From an uncultured Nitrososphaeraceae archaeon (GTDB lineage: Archaea > Thermoproteota > Nitrososphaeria > Nitrososphaerales > Nitrososphaeraceae), in NCBI GenBank assembly GCA_963825865.1, contig CAWGVG010000060.1, positions 192,001 through 256,000 on the forward strand: a stretch of 64,000 bases of DNA. Reading direction: 5' to 3'. Made by a program: the position numbers and the translations under genes. This document shows positions 1 to 10,834 of the stretch, piece by piece. A model generated the notes under the pieces. That model was not told where the DNA came from. It worked only from the letters and a program-made list of their open reading frames with translations, and ran no database searches. Position 1 is the first letter of the stretch; every line of letters begins with the position of its first letter.

Positions 1-107
1 TGGAACCCACAAGGACAGAACCACCAAGTTCAATAACACCATCTTCAGGATCATCACTACAGCCTATACCTGGAATATTACCCATGACTACCAATAGCAC
101 TCAATGA
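1..107 (+). CDS. 3' end of an upstream gene (Pro/Ser/Thr-rich tail), partial
   Basis: Open frame from base 3 (EPTRTEPPSSITPSSGSSLQPIPGILPMTTNSTQ) ending TGA at 105-107; composition like the tails of secreted proteins elsewhere in the window. Confidence 0.35.
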   Translation, partial: EPTRTEPPSSITPSSGSSLQPIPGILPMTTNSTQ

Positions 108-1175
108 TCTAGGTAGTCGTCAGAAGGTCTGATAAAACTAAAACCTTTTTCACAATCATAACTACATTTTTCATAAAATCCAACGCTTCTATTTCAAAGG
201 TGACTATATATTGATAAAAACTTGCTTTACGATTACTGAACCATAAATTTTATTGTATGAAAAACAGTTCAAAATGCGGACACAATGTATATGAACGTAG
301 GATAATACTTATTTTGCAGTAGTTCAAAGTCTAAACTTCAAACTCGGTTAGATAAGATTGATGAGAAAAAAAAGGTTTTCAAACAAATACATTTCATGCT
401 TTGTGAGTCATGCTTTTGGTGTGCATCATATCTTAATTCTAATAGCACATCCATTTCTAAATGTTTTTCCTGTTGCAATAACAGAATAAAGTGGATGCCA
501 ATATCTTCCGTTGATACGTGAGAATTATATTAAAACTACACAAAGCATAATTTCTCTTTGGAACTATAGACAGCTATCTAGTCAACATCAACACTAACTT
601 TGATTGCAATTGAAGGGCAGTCTTAGTGTTATTGAGGATGCCACTTTCACATGGTTTGAGAAATTCATCAATCTGCGATCTCCCTGTGAAGATAAAAATT
701 TGTCACAGCGAAGGCGTGTTCACCGACAGACACACAGATATAAAACTATAACTCATTCTCTTACTACATGATTCAGATGCATCAGTACGGAAAAAATGGA
801 ATGATTACTTAAAAAAGATGCTGTTCCATTCTATCCAATAACTTCAAATCTTATAATAAATGGATCACCTTTAGTACACGCAAGTAATATTTGTGAACCA
901 GCTGTGGAGGATTAGAAACCTAGAACACCTGATACGAAAGTAGGAATGAACCCACACATAATAGTATATCCGGAAATCCTTCTTTAAATTGAATTGTTCG
1001 TGTCTCATACTTTCAAGTTCCAAAACCTAATGATGAACTATTAACTCCATCAAATGTGAATCACAAGGATATTTCCATAATTTTGGACGTACTCAAGGTT
1101 GTCATTCAAACACGTTAGGAGATAAAGAGTATACGCATTAGCAAGTGCTGTATTAGTTGGAGTGGGTTCCATTGA

Positions 1176-1691
1176 CTATACATCAGTTCCATTACCGATT
1201 TTTACAACAAAGGCACAGCTCATCTCAGGCTTAAAAGAGATTCCTTTTATTAACAAACATCTATCAGAATACATATAATATTTGCAATCCTTACATTGGT
1301 ATCCTTCTGCTCCCTTATTGATGATATGGCCGTCTTCATATTCCAGTTTGTTTCCTGTTTTTTTTATAAAGTCCCATACAATGTCACCCGGCAACATTCC
1401 ATCACCTTTTGGAGAAAAGAAAATTGAAACACCATAATCATTATTAATTTCCCCTTCTACAATGTGACATTTTTTTTCATCAGGTAGATTGAACTTGCAC
1501 TTTATGCATGCTTTATCATTATTGCTCGTTCCTTTAATTACTCGTTCTTGATAACCTGCCTCGTCTTTTGTCATCTTTTTCCTTGATCTTAGAACACGGT
1601 ATAGTGCACCATCTTGTGCAGCTATATCCTTCTCTTCTTGTTCACCTGTTGACTTGGCTATAACCGATTCCTCTACGTCATAATTATCCAT
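1176..1691 (-). CDS. Tandem HiPIP-like (high-potential iron-sulfur) domain protein, no signal peptide
   Basis: Domain 1 KMTKDEAGYQ..CIKCKF..CHIVEGEI..GVSIFFSPK and domain 2 YQCKDCKYY..CLLIKG..PEMSCAFV match the short (Iro-type) HiPIP pattern K..A.YQ..CxxC.F..C..V.G.I...G.C..F. Confidence 0.65.
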   Translation of the reverse strand: MDNYDVEESVIAKSTGEQEEKDIAAQDGALYRVLRSRKKMTKDEAGYQERVIKGTSNNDKACIKCKFNLPDEKKCHIVEGEINNDYGVSIFFSPKGDGMLPGDIVWDFIKKTGNKLEYEDGHIINKGAEGYQCKDCKYYMYSDRCLLIKGISFKPEMSCAFVVKIGNGTDV

Positions 1692-1779
1692 ATTAGTATG
1701 ACACCTGCACTATATTATATTTAAGGAAAACAAGAGAAAAATGAAAATGTTTTTGAAAGCACTCAAGACACTCAAGACA

Positions 1780-1952
1780 ATGTTAACAGTATCGTGTAGG
1801 GATGAACTTTAAGTATGTTCATAGCAGAGACAGATGAAGAAATTATGAAATATACTGGAGGACATGGTGTGACAGACCACGTATTTAAGAAGGACCTATT
1901 GACTCCAGGATTGCAACTGAAAATAAAATCACATATTCGTCGATTTAATTAA
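1780..1952 (+). pseudogene. DUF1059-like small metal-binding protein remnant
   Basis: MLTVSCRD(stop/shift)..AETDEEIMKYTGGHGVTDHVFKKDLLTPGLQLKIKSHIRR follows the C-x-D...ETxEE...H...H...TPE..KIK pattern. Confidence 0.55.
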
Positions 1953-2302
1953 CTACCACTCCTTCTCCCACAAACATAATATACCACCAAATACTCTTTT
2001 TTGAAACAATAAGTATAGCAATTACAATACGTTTAATGCAGTAGCCTATCTAATCATCAACGAATCCAAACCGATACTTCAAATTTTCAAGGATATTTGT
2101 ATTGTGAGGCCGCAGCACTTGACTGAAGTATAATCCTTGAACCATCTTTTCGATTCTTCCGATAAGACGTATATTAAGTCTCAGATACAAGATTATAAGA
2201 GTAATTGTGATTACAATACGAAAAGAATACGAAGGAAGGGCTAGGAAAAATAGAGATGATACATAGGATCGAGGATTAGACGATCTACATATAAAGAAGC
2301 CA

Positions 2303-2593
2303 ATGAACAATAGATTAGACATGTCACAGGATTCTACTCAAAAGATACCACAAGAGGCAACAAAACTCCAGAAGTTAGCAAAAGTTACTGCCAGATATAT
2401 GGAAATGGAGGAATTCAAAGACTCTGATCATCATACTGGATATTTCTGTTATAATTGCATATACTTTATGAAACCTAAGCATTGTGCTATTGTTACAGAT
2501 GAAGGACCAGATATATATGGTAAAAAATCTAGTGAAATAGCACCTCATGGAATATGTGCATTATGGGAACCAAATAAAGAGGAAATGCGCTAG
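2303..2593 (+). CDS. HiPIP-like iron-sulfur protein (probable start ATG 2321), no signal peptide
   Basis: KLAKVTARY..CYNCIYFMKPKHCAIV..IAPHGICALWEP: four Cys in HiPIP spacing with conserved Tyr, Phe and terminal G-x-C-x-x-W. Confidence 0.7.
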   Translation: MNNRLDMSQDSTQKIPQEATKLQKLAKVTARYMEMEEFKDSDHHTGYFCYNCIYFMKPKHCAIVTDEGPDIYGKKSSEIAPHGICALWEPNKEEMR

Positions 2594-2740
2594 AAAACAA
2601 ACATAACCTGTGATGCCGCCTTGATCCAGAATATGATGTTAAAATATAATAACAACTATAATTGCCGCCAGAGCATTAAAAATTAAACTCTTAAGATATT
2701 AAGCAAAACACTGACAATGGCGAAAATATTTTTATCCTAG

Positions 2741-2758
2741 CTGTTAGAATTCTAACAG
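2741..2758. repeat. Perfect 18-bp palindrome CTGTTAGAATTCTAACAG
   Basis: Self-complementary sequence read directly; intergenic. Confidence 0.5.
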
Positions 2759-3227
2759 GGTTTACAACAAATATCAGGATTCGTTATTAATTCTGCTAGG
2801 CGTCAAATTCTTTACACATATACTAAACACAAAGAAATTGTCAAACTCTGCTGAAACTCTTATTCCGATAATTATAGCTTTCATAACACCGTATGATCGT
2901 CTTCTGACAACACAAAGAAAAAGAAAAATAAGAAATTGTTTTGGATTTCGTCATTTTCGTTTTTTGAAAAAATGACTAAGCAATATGCTATAGTTCCAAA
3001 CGGGAGTTAAAATGCTTAAACTTAAATCAACTGTCAATTATCATATCTTCCTTTCGTCTCTTCCATTCCCACGTGTGTGCCAATTAGACAACAATATAAT
3101 AGCTAATATCTAACTTTGCTTTGATAATGGAAGAAAAACGTCATAATTGTCTGGATTAGATAATAGAAAAACAAGTTGATATATCTATTATAAGTGTGTA
3201 TACATAGTAAAGTGAAATAGTAGAGAT

Positions 3228-4502
3228 ATGCAGTCTCAAGAAACAGATGAGTCTTGGTCATTTAAGGAATTAGGAAGGGCTCAAACTTCATACCTCACTC
3301 ATGATTATCATAAATATCCTGCTAAGTTCATCCCTCAATTAGCAGAAAGGCTGATCAAAGATAACAGTCAGCCTGCAGATCTTATTTGTGATCCCTTTAT
3401 GGGTTCTGGGACTACAATGGTCGAAGCTATTTTAAACAGCAGACGGTCATATGGGACTGACATAAATCCTGTATCAGTATTGATTACCAAGGCCAAGACA
3501 ACCCCTATTGAACCAGGTTTTTTGAACTCTCAAATATCATCATTGCTCAGGCGAATTAAGGCAGATATTGAAACTAAAGATGGACAGGTGTTTCTTCTTA
3601 AAGCACAGGATTTTGAGGTCAGAGTACTTGATAATAAAAGAATAGACTACTGGTTTCCAGAAAAACAGAAAATAGATCTGGCAGTTATATTGTCCAGGGT
3701 TAATTCTATATACGATCATGAGGTCAGAACCTTCTTACTTTGTGCATTTTCTAACATTTTGAAAGGATGTTCAAGATGGATGATGAAATCTGTCAAGCCG
3801 ACTATAGACAAGCACAAAGTAATAGCAGATGCATACAAGAATTTCGTCCTTCAAACCAAAAGAATGGTATTAAAAAACGAAGATTTTTGGAAGAGGATCG
3901 GCAGAAATGAAGTTGATTGTACTATAGACAATAAAGACGCTCGCAAAATGAAAGTTCAAAATGAATCTACCACATTGGTCATTACTAGTCCTCCATATGT
4001 TACTTCGTATGAATATGCAGATCTGCATCAACTCACTGCTATTTGGCTAGGATATACAAATAAGTTATCAGATTTTAGAAGAAAATTCATAGGCGCGATA
4101 CAGAAAAATAATGTTCACGTTAAACTACATAGTAAACAAGGAAGGGAAATAGTAGATGAACTTTGGCCAGTTAACTTTAGAGACGCCAAAGCAGTCGAAC
4201 AATACTTCTTTGAAATGCAGGAATGTTTCGAAGAAATGTATAGAATTGTTAAACGAGGAGGACGGATATGCATAGTTATTGGAAATACAGAGTTGCGAAG
4301 AATTAGCATTCAGAATACAAATGTTTTTGTTGAGACAATGGAGGAGATAGGATTAAAAACTCATAAAATTATCAAACGACCAGTTCCAAGTAAGATTCTT
4401 CCTTTAACCAGAGATGAAAGGACGGGCCGATTTTCTGCAACTGTAGCAGCAGATAGGTTGTCTTACCCAATCGAATACATCCTCATTATGGAAAAAGTCT
4501 GA
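3228..4502 (+). CDS. DNA methyltransferase, N4-cytosine type (motif I before motif IV), orphan
   Basis: THDYHKYPAKFIPQ, motif I DPFMGSGTT, catalytic motif IV TSPPY; no restriction endonuclease next to it. Confidence 0.9.
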   Translation: MQSQETDESWSFKELGRAQTSYLTHDYHKYPAKFIPQLAERLIKDNSQPADLICDPFMGSGTTMVEAILNSRRSYGTDINPVSVLITKAKTTPIEPGFLNSQISSLLRRIKADIETKDGQVFLLKAQDFEVRVLDNKRIDYWFPEKQKIDLAVILSRVNSIYDHEVRTFLLCAFSNILKGCSRWMMKSVKPTIDKHKVIADAYKNFVLQTKRMVLKNEDFWKRIGRNEVDCTIDNKDARKMKVQNESTTLVITSPPYVTSYEYADLHQLTAIWLGYTNKLSDFRRKFIGAIQKNNVHVKLHSKQGREIVDELWPVNFRDAKAVEQYFFEMQECFEEMYRIVKRGGRICIVIGNTELRRISIQNTNVFVETMEEIGLKTHKIIKRPVPSKILPLTRDERTGRFSATVAADRLSYPIEYILIMEKV

Positions 4503-4575
4503 GTTTTACCTCGAAAAATCAAACAGTGTTTAGGTTTACATTTTAACTGACGACGTCTTATGTATACTTTAAATG

Positions 4576-4893
4576 TTAGCTTGTTGTATCGAGACATTTG
4601 CATTCTTCAAGAACAGTTTCATAAGTTGTCAAAGGAACTATCTTTATTTCATTAAACTTTGACCATTCTGATTCAATCATAAACCTCTGTATTGAATGAG
4701 CACTTTGTGCATTTACTATCCATAGAAATGTGTGTTCCAATCCAGAATGATAACGATTAAGTATGTTTGCATTGTTTCTATCGGCAATTTTGTCGAGATG
4801 TTCATCCATTTTTATGACGAGCCTTCTATTCTCTGCATTGTTTAGTGGGCAGCTTTCCACAGAATGTTTTCCGAATATGCCATACATAGCCAT
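4576..4893 (-). CDS. Conserved hypothetical protein (DUF3303/GYD-like)
   Basis: 105-aa ORF with H-x4-CP start and EH-x-F-x-W-I-V-x-A pattern. Confidence 0.5.
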   Translation of the reverse strand: MAMYGIFGKHSVESCPLNNAENRRLVIKMDEHLDKIADRNNANILNRYHSGLEHTFLWIVNAQSAHSIQRFMIESEWSKFNEIKIVPLTTYETVLEECKCLDTTS

Positions 4894-5478
4894 GCGTATA
4901 TGTAATTATTCTGTATAGATGCTATTAATAACAATTTGTTGATTCACATGTATGTCTACATTAATTACCAACTTAACATTTCAGTCAGAAACAAGAATGA
5001 AGTTAAAAATGATGAAAAGATAATATTTGATATCTTGTTGTTTATCAAATCCTCTTTTATGCTTTGCTTGCAAACAGCAGTTGATCAATTGTGACAGCAC
5101 CTATTATTCAGCATCTGCTTGTAAGAAGCCAAATTGTGAACCAAAGAGAATTATATCAATTTCCTAAGCGCGTATATGTTGAGGTAAAAATAGCAGTACT
5201 TTTGCAGGAAATTTGGAATTTCTTAAAGTGAATCAAGGTGGGTGCTACATAGGTCCAGCCACCTTTTTACGGAAACAACCCGCTGCACGGTTTGTTAAAA
5301 AAATACAAAATACTCTACTTTTAATCTGAAAAAGCCTCCATAGCTCATCTTTTATTGTTTATAATATAATTATCTTCACACGATTACAGTAGCAGGGCGT
5401 GTACTGTAAATAGATAAATGTATATATATATCTACAGTATATATATTCGAAAATATATATTAACGAAGAAGAGATGGA

Positions 5479-5736
5479 TTATCTGTTATTTCTGTGCAAT
5501 GATATTCTATATACATACTTATTATTGTCTGGATTTTTGCCATACATTCCCCATATTTCTTCTAACTGTTCACCACTTATTTTTATAAAAAAACTATCAT
5601 ATTTTTTAGTCTCTTTAAACCGTTCTTTGATGTGATCTACCAAGTATTCATTACTAACAAATCGTAAATAGTCAGGAAGCTCATTTGTCTTTTTAATAAT
5701 ATCGCTAAGCTCTACGCTCTTCATACTTCTGGTCAC
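5479..5736 (-). CDS. Hypothetical protein
   Basis: 85-aa ORF with protein-like composition; no motif recognised. Confidence 0.45.
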   Translation of the reverse strand: MTRSMKSVELSDIIKKTNELPDYLRFVSNEYLVDHIKERFKETKKYDSFFIKISGEQLEEIWGMYGKNPDNNKYVYRISLHRNNR

Positions 5737-5989
5737 CGACTTTCTAATGCCTTTTTATTAAATAAAACAACCGGTGTCAAATCTTTATGACACAGTTCAT
5801 ATGTTATATTTATTTTCTTTAGACCATCACTTAAAATGCATACACAGCAAATGTAAAAGGTCTTGCTGGCGGAGTATGTAAGGAAACTGGATCTTCACAT
5901 CTGTCATTATCAGCAAATAATTATCAGATGATCATTATACGTGTTGGTGAAAGTTACGATTCAGCGTGCTAAAATATGTAGATAAAAAT

Positions 5990-6249
5990 TTAGAAATCAC
6001 TCCAGCTTTACCGGTAATAGACGTGCAAAAAATGGCTTTGCCATCAAGGACACTTTGGTAATTGAAATCTCAAAATATATACAAGGGGTTAGTAGCGTTT
6101 GCCATTTGATCGATATCTGTAGAAAGTCAGAAATTCCAATCTTTTTTATACATACCATACGCGAATCTTCTGGAATAGAATTTTTAGCAAGTTCCACAAA
6201 ATTCTGCCAAGGTTCAGAGGAGGATAGTGAGGAGTACCATAACCATTAG
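5990..6249 (+). pseudogene. Isochorismatase/cysteine-hydrolase N-terminal remnant
   Basis: PALPVIDVQ(shift)NGF..LIDICRKSEIPIFFIHTIRE resembles ALLVIDxQNxF...LxxxxRxxxxPxxF; catalytic C-terminal half absent. Confidence 0.55.
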
Positions 6250-6337
6250 AGGCTAAAGGGGATGATGTAAAAACAGAAAGTAGAGAAGAAAGATTCATAC
6301 AGATTATTTGTTACAAATAGATGGAACATTCATATTA

Positions 6338-7624
6338 TTATTTATTATCTATGTCTTTTGATTTAGAAGTACTTGCAGCTAACGGTGCTCTGCCATTTAT
6401 TATTATGCATCTGTATAACCAAGCATGCTGCTCTGCAACTATATCCCACTTCAGTTTTTCCTTAAAGCTAATGACTCTTTGCAAGTACTCTTCATAGTAC
6501 TTATCAAGAGCTCTCAGAGCGTTGGCAAATGCAGGAGGATTTCGTTTAACAGTTATACCTAATCCTTTTGAAGAAAATTCTTTAAAAAAGCCTAAGTCAG
6601 TTGCAACAAATGGTAATCCATGGGCAAGGCCATCAAACATCACCCCGGAACCCGCACTTACTTTATACGGAAGTATTAGTGCATCAGCTGCATACAGTAA
6701 AAGAGATAACTCTTCATCACTAAGGAAACCCTTTTGCAAACAGACTATATTGCCAGTTTTCTTTTCCAACCTTAGAATAATCTTTTCGTCGTCCAAGCCA
6801 TACTCATTTTTTGAAGAGTTTATTATGATATTCCATCCATCAGGAATTTGCATATTTTCTAGAATGTCCCAACCCTTAACTGCAGTTCTAAAACCAACGG
6901 CAAGTGCAATTCGCCCATCTTTCGGGAGAGAAAATTTTGTTCTTGCTGCTTGCTTTGTTGCAACATTTGGTATAGCTGGTTCAGCACCATGATAAATTAG
7001 TTCACCACCGCCAACCATTTTTGCCATATAGTGAGAAAAAACTATGCCTGCTTGACTCTGCTTTAATTTCAGTTTATCTAATTTACGAAGAGAGCTGTAA
7101 TTCAATATATACTTCCAATATTCAATAACAGTACCTAATTTTCCGGTTTGACTGGCTGACTTGACCGCTTTTACTCTGCTAACCCATTGCTTAAAATTAT
7201 AAGTAGAATGAAATGTTGTAACTATCGGTGTCTTGCACCGTTCGTAAAATGAATCAATATTCGTACTGATCCTTCTTGGATTGATAGGATCCAATTTCAA
7301 TCCATAAGATCCGTGTTCATATTGCACATGTACGATATCTGGATGTGATTTATCTACTATTTTTAATAAGGTATCTGAATTGTGCACATTTGTCGGTGAA
7401 AGCCCAAAGAATTGTCCATGGCCCTTTTTATTACACGCTACGTATACTTCACAACCTAACTTCATCAGATTTTTGGTCAAGTTATATGTATAACGTCCTA
7501 TACCTCCTTTTATCGGCGGATACTCTACTGAGACCATCAAGATACGCATTGTTTTTGCTTTTGTCCCGATCAAGTCCTTTGCTCCCGTTGCAACGTAGCC
7601 ATCGATCTCAAGGCTCTTAACCAA
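6338..7624 (-). CDS. Glycosyltransferase family 4 (GT-B)
   Basis: MRILMVSVEYPPIKGGIGRY, PDIVHVQ, KGWDIL, ADALILPY..GSGVMFDGLAHGLPFVATD; true start may be the Met of MRILMV. Confidence 0.9.
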   Translation of the reverse strand: MVKSLEIDGYVATGAKDLIGTKAKTMRILMVSVEYPPIKGGIGRYTYNLTKNLMKLGCEVYVACNKKGHGQFFGLSPTNVHNSDTLLKIVDKSHPDIVHVQYEHGSYGLKLDPINPRRISTNIDSFYERCKTPIVTTFHSTYNFKQWVSRVKAVKSASQTGKLGTVIEYWKYILNYSSLRKLDKLKLKQSQAGIVFSHYMAKMVGGGELIYHGAEPAIPNVATKQAARTKFSLPKDGRIALAVGFRTAVKGWDILENMQIPDGWNIIINSSKNEYGLDDEKIILRLEKKTGNIVCLQKGFLSDEELSLLLYAADALILPYKVSAGSGVMFDGLAHGLPFVATDLGFFKEFSSKGLGITVKRNPPAFANALRALDKYYEEYLQRVISFKEKLKWDIVAEQHAWLYRCIIINGRAPLAASTSKSKDIDNK

Positions 7625-7714
7625 GTGCGACTCAACATATATAGCGCTCTTAATTTTAGGTTATGGATTTCTTAAAAAATATCAAAAGATATAATGTCTG
7701 ACTCTGTCTATATA

Positions 7715-8971
7715 TTATCTTCTTCTATGGGATAATATCAATTCAGTGAGTATATGCTGGAAGCCTTTAATATAATGAGAGTTCGAAAACTTGTTCACAC
7801 TATTGCTTATCTGAACTCTTTCTGCATATTGTAAATGAAAAGCAGAGGATATAATTTCGGCAGCTTGTTCTAATGTCCTGTATTGATATTCCTTTGAAAC
7901 AAACTCGGTAGGACCGCCTATATCTGGAACTATGGGTATTAATCCCGCAGCCATAGCTTCCACTATAGACATACCAAACTGTTCTCCTCGCTGGATTGGA
8001 GCTTCTCCTCCTGTTGCTGGATGAAAGTATACTTTAGCTTCCTGCATAATGGAAAGCAGTTTATCTAAGCTCGCATTAACTTCAAATGTAATGTAATCAG
8101 CCAAATCTAGATCTCTAACCATTTGTTCTAGATAGGAGTAATACTTGAAATTATAATAGTAAAGACTTCCAACAATTTTCATTCCTCTGCCTGTATTCCT
8201 ATCCTTTAATATTTTTGCGAGCTTGATTGCATTTTGAATTTCCTTGGAAGGATCAATTCTGGATACTATAAGAATAATATCATTTTTTATGTTATCATCT
8301 GATCCCAATAGGGCATTACGAAAAGTACTAATATCTACTGGCGGGCTTAGGATGTAAACATTGTCTATTCCAAATGCATCAATTATTGCTCTGCGACTAA
8401 ATTCAGAATTGGTAACAACAGTTGAATTTCTCATCAAATTCCAATATGCATTTTTTAATATTCTGAAGCATTCTTTTTCTCTATTAAATGGAGTGTAGGT
8501 ATCGTTCAAATATTCTGAATTACTATTATTAGTTTTATCGCTATTATTCGCAGAAGTATTTGACGTCATTCCAATGTTAAGATCTCTTTGAAGATAACCT
8601 CTATTTTCAGATTCTATATAGCATTTTGCAGTAGGAAAATGGCAATATGTAATGGCATTATCCTTAGAAAAAAATGAATCATAAAGAGGAACCTTATCGC
8701 CCTGTGTATTTATTGTAATATCATAATTATCAGTGCATTGTGGTTCTCGAAGTTCTTCCAATATATTTACAATCTTTACTTTCTTTATGTTTTTCATAAC
8801 TGAAGCAAGGTTTTTGCCAAAAGCATTTTCTAGTTTTGATAACTCAGGCCTTCTAAAAGTAGTAAGATCAAAATCGATCCCCATTCCTAATAGTGCTTGC
8901 ATAGTTACAAGTGATAATCGTTCTCCACCGCCACAAGGATTTAGATCTCCAAATACAATATTTGCTTTCAT
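7715..8971 (-). CDS. Glycosyltransferase family 4 (ALG11-like)
   Basis: GGGER, YCHFP, NSEFS, SRIDPSK, EQFGMSIVEAMAAGLIPIV..GGP. Confidence 0.9.
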   Translation of the reverse strand: MKANIVFGDLNPCGGGERLSLVTMQALLGMGIDFDLTTFRRPELSKLENAFGKNLASVMKNIKKVKIVNILEELREPQCTDNYDITINTQGDKVPLYDSFFSKDNAITYCHFPTAKCYIESENRGYLQRDLNIGMTSNTSANNSDKTNNSNSEYLNDTYTPFNREKECFRILKNAYWNLMRNSTVVTNSEFSRRAIIDAFGIDNVYILSPPVDISTFRNALLGSDDNIKNDIILIVSRIDPSKEIQNAIKLAKILKDRNTGRGMKIVGSLYYYNFKYYSYLEQMVRDLDLADYITFEVNASLDKLLSIMQEAKVYFHPATGGEAPIQRGEQFGMSIVEAMAAGLIPIVPDIGGPTEFVSKEYQYRTLEQAAEIISSAFHLQYAERVQISNSVNKFSNSHYIKGFQHILTELILSHRRR

Positions 8972-9422
8972 TATATATCAGATATCAATATATATAATGC
9001 CAACTTATAGCAGTTTTACTTACTGCAACCTGATTAATGGGATAATCTTGGTAGCATTAGCCTAATTTGACCAGCACATTTGTAAGTTTGTTCGCTGCAA
9101 TCTGCAAAAAAAATTTTAACTTTATGTTTACATTTGATAGTACATAATACAGATATTTATAAAAAATATAATATTACTAATATAATTGATCCTTTGTATT
9201 TATATTACTCATTAAAAATAGAGCAAACTATCTGCACTAAACATGGGAGTAGTTAGTCACCATTACCATTTTATGAAGTCTATTGGCAATATCCGAATCT
9301 GGGCGCCCGCACATACACAATCTAGCCAGCTATTGTTAACTACAAAATGAACAAAAAGCCCCATATTATAAATTTTCCAAAGCAAACTGCTATTAGATTT
9401 ATAGCGCCTATGTATCACTACA

Positions 9423-10654
9423 TTGAAGAATTCAAAAGTATCTCATACAATAATAGCCGCGGTAACATTGGTATTCATCGCATCGAGTACGTTAACGGCT
9501 CAACATCTATCCATGGCATTACAAAATACTACAGAAGTAGTAGAATCTTCTGGCACAGGTACATTAATTGCTCCCGCTTCTTCGTCGCTCAATAATATAT
9601 TCAAACAAGTCGAAAATGCTACTGTACAGGTAACGAGTAAGGTTCCAACACCGTCTAACCCACAGAATCCACAAGCACCAAATGCTACTACTGCATTAGG
9701 TTCTGGTTTTGTCTATGATAAGCTAGGACGGATAATCACTAATAATCATGTCGTAGGCGATGCCAAAATAGTGGATGTAACATTTGTAGATGGTAATAGA
9801 TATACTGCAAAAGTGATAGGGAATGACATCTATAGCGATATAGCAGTATTGCAAATTATTGAGAATATTACTCAGCCTTTCAACCCTCTTGTAATTGGAA
9901 ACTCTTCTGATCTCTGAAGTAGGAGACCCCGTAATTGCTGTCGGTAATCCATTTGGACTTAGTGGGACCATAACAACAGGGATTGTGAGCGGAATAGGGC
10001 GATTGCTTCCAGCTGCTGCAGGGCTTGGTTTTTCTATACCAAATGCCATTCAGACAGATGTTTCAATTAATCCTGGTAGTTCTGGTGGACCTTTGCTAAA
10101 TATGCAAGGACAGGTCGTTGGAATAAATACTGCTATACTTTCATCTGGTACAGGTGGGTTCTCTGGAACAGCATTTGCAATTCCATCTACCACAGTAACA
10201 AAAATAGTCCCTACATTAATTGAAAAAGGAAACTATACCCACTCGTATATAGGGCTTGCAGGGGCTACTTTAACTTCAGATTTGGCAAAGACGATAGCTG
10301 GATTACCAAGTAATTTCAAAGGCATATATGTAGATTCAATTAAAAAAGATGGTCCTGCCGATAAAGCAGGGATACATGGCAGTACTGACTGATCAATACT
10401 CAAAGAAACATGGTGGCGATATAATAACAGCCATAGATGGACATACTATGACAAAAATAGACGATTTAATCTCATATATTGAAGAACATAAATCTGTTGG
10501 CAATAGTATGACATTTACTGTATATAGAAATGGACACACTCTAGATCTACAGACAACTCTGACGGCTAGACCATCTCCACTTCCATTTCTGACCATAATA
10601 TCATCCGCTCCTCCTATACAGCCACATCCTCCATCTCCACGGCCTCATCCATAA
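9423..10654 (+). CDS. htrA: HtrA/DegP-like trypsin serine protease with PDZ domain, two frameshifts (~9915, ~10390)
   Basis: Signal peptide, GSGFVYD, ITNNHVV (His), SDIAVL (Asp), [16 protein letters not shown] (Ser), [19 protein letters not shown]; spread over three overlapping ORFs. Confidence 0.85.
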
Positions 10655-10834
10655 CACTTTTTTTGTTAGATGCTAGTCACTCGTTCAAAATCTGAATTAA
10701 AAGATTATAGTCACGATCACTGGTTATTAGTTGTGTTAGGTTCTAAATCGTTAACATTATTTTTTGTTTGTTAATTCTAGCATCCACTTAGATTATCATT
10801 ATACAAAAAAAACAAAATATATTATATGAATTTT

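Noticed and set aside
5405-5465. AT palindromes and TA runs
   Set aside because: Low-complexity (TA)n sequence is self-complementary by nature.
5830-5965. Possible flavin-reductase tail (DH..VGE)
   Set aside because: Too short and degenerate to support a call.
6522-6992. 156-aa plus-strand ORF and similar antisense ORFs (e.g. 26558-26932, 51004-51525, 61946-62467, 18070-18459)
   Set aside because: Shadows of well-supported genes on the opposite strand; no motifs.
10380-10395. Programmed frameshifting or selenocysteine readthrough at TGA in htrA and other split genes
   Set aside because: The continuations are in other frames, no slippery heptamer or SECIS-like hairpin is evident, and simple indels explain them.
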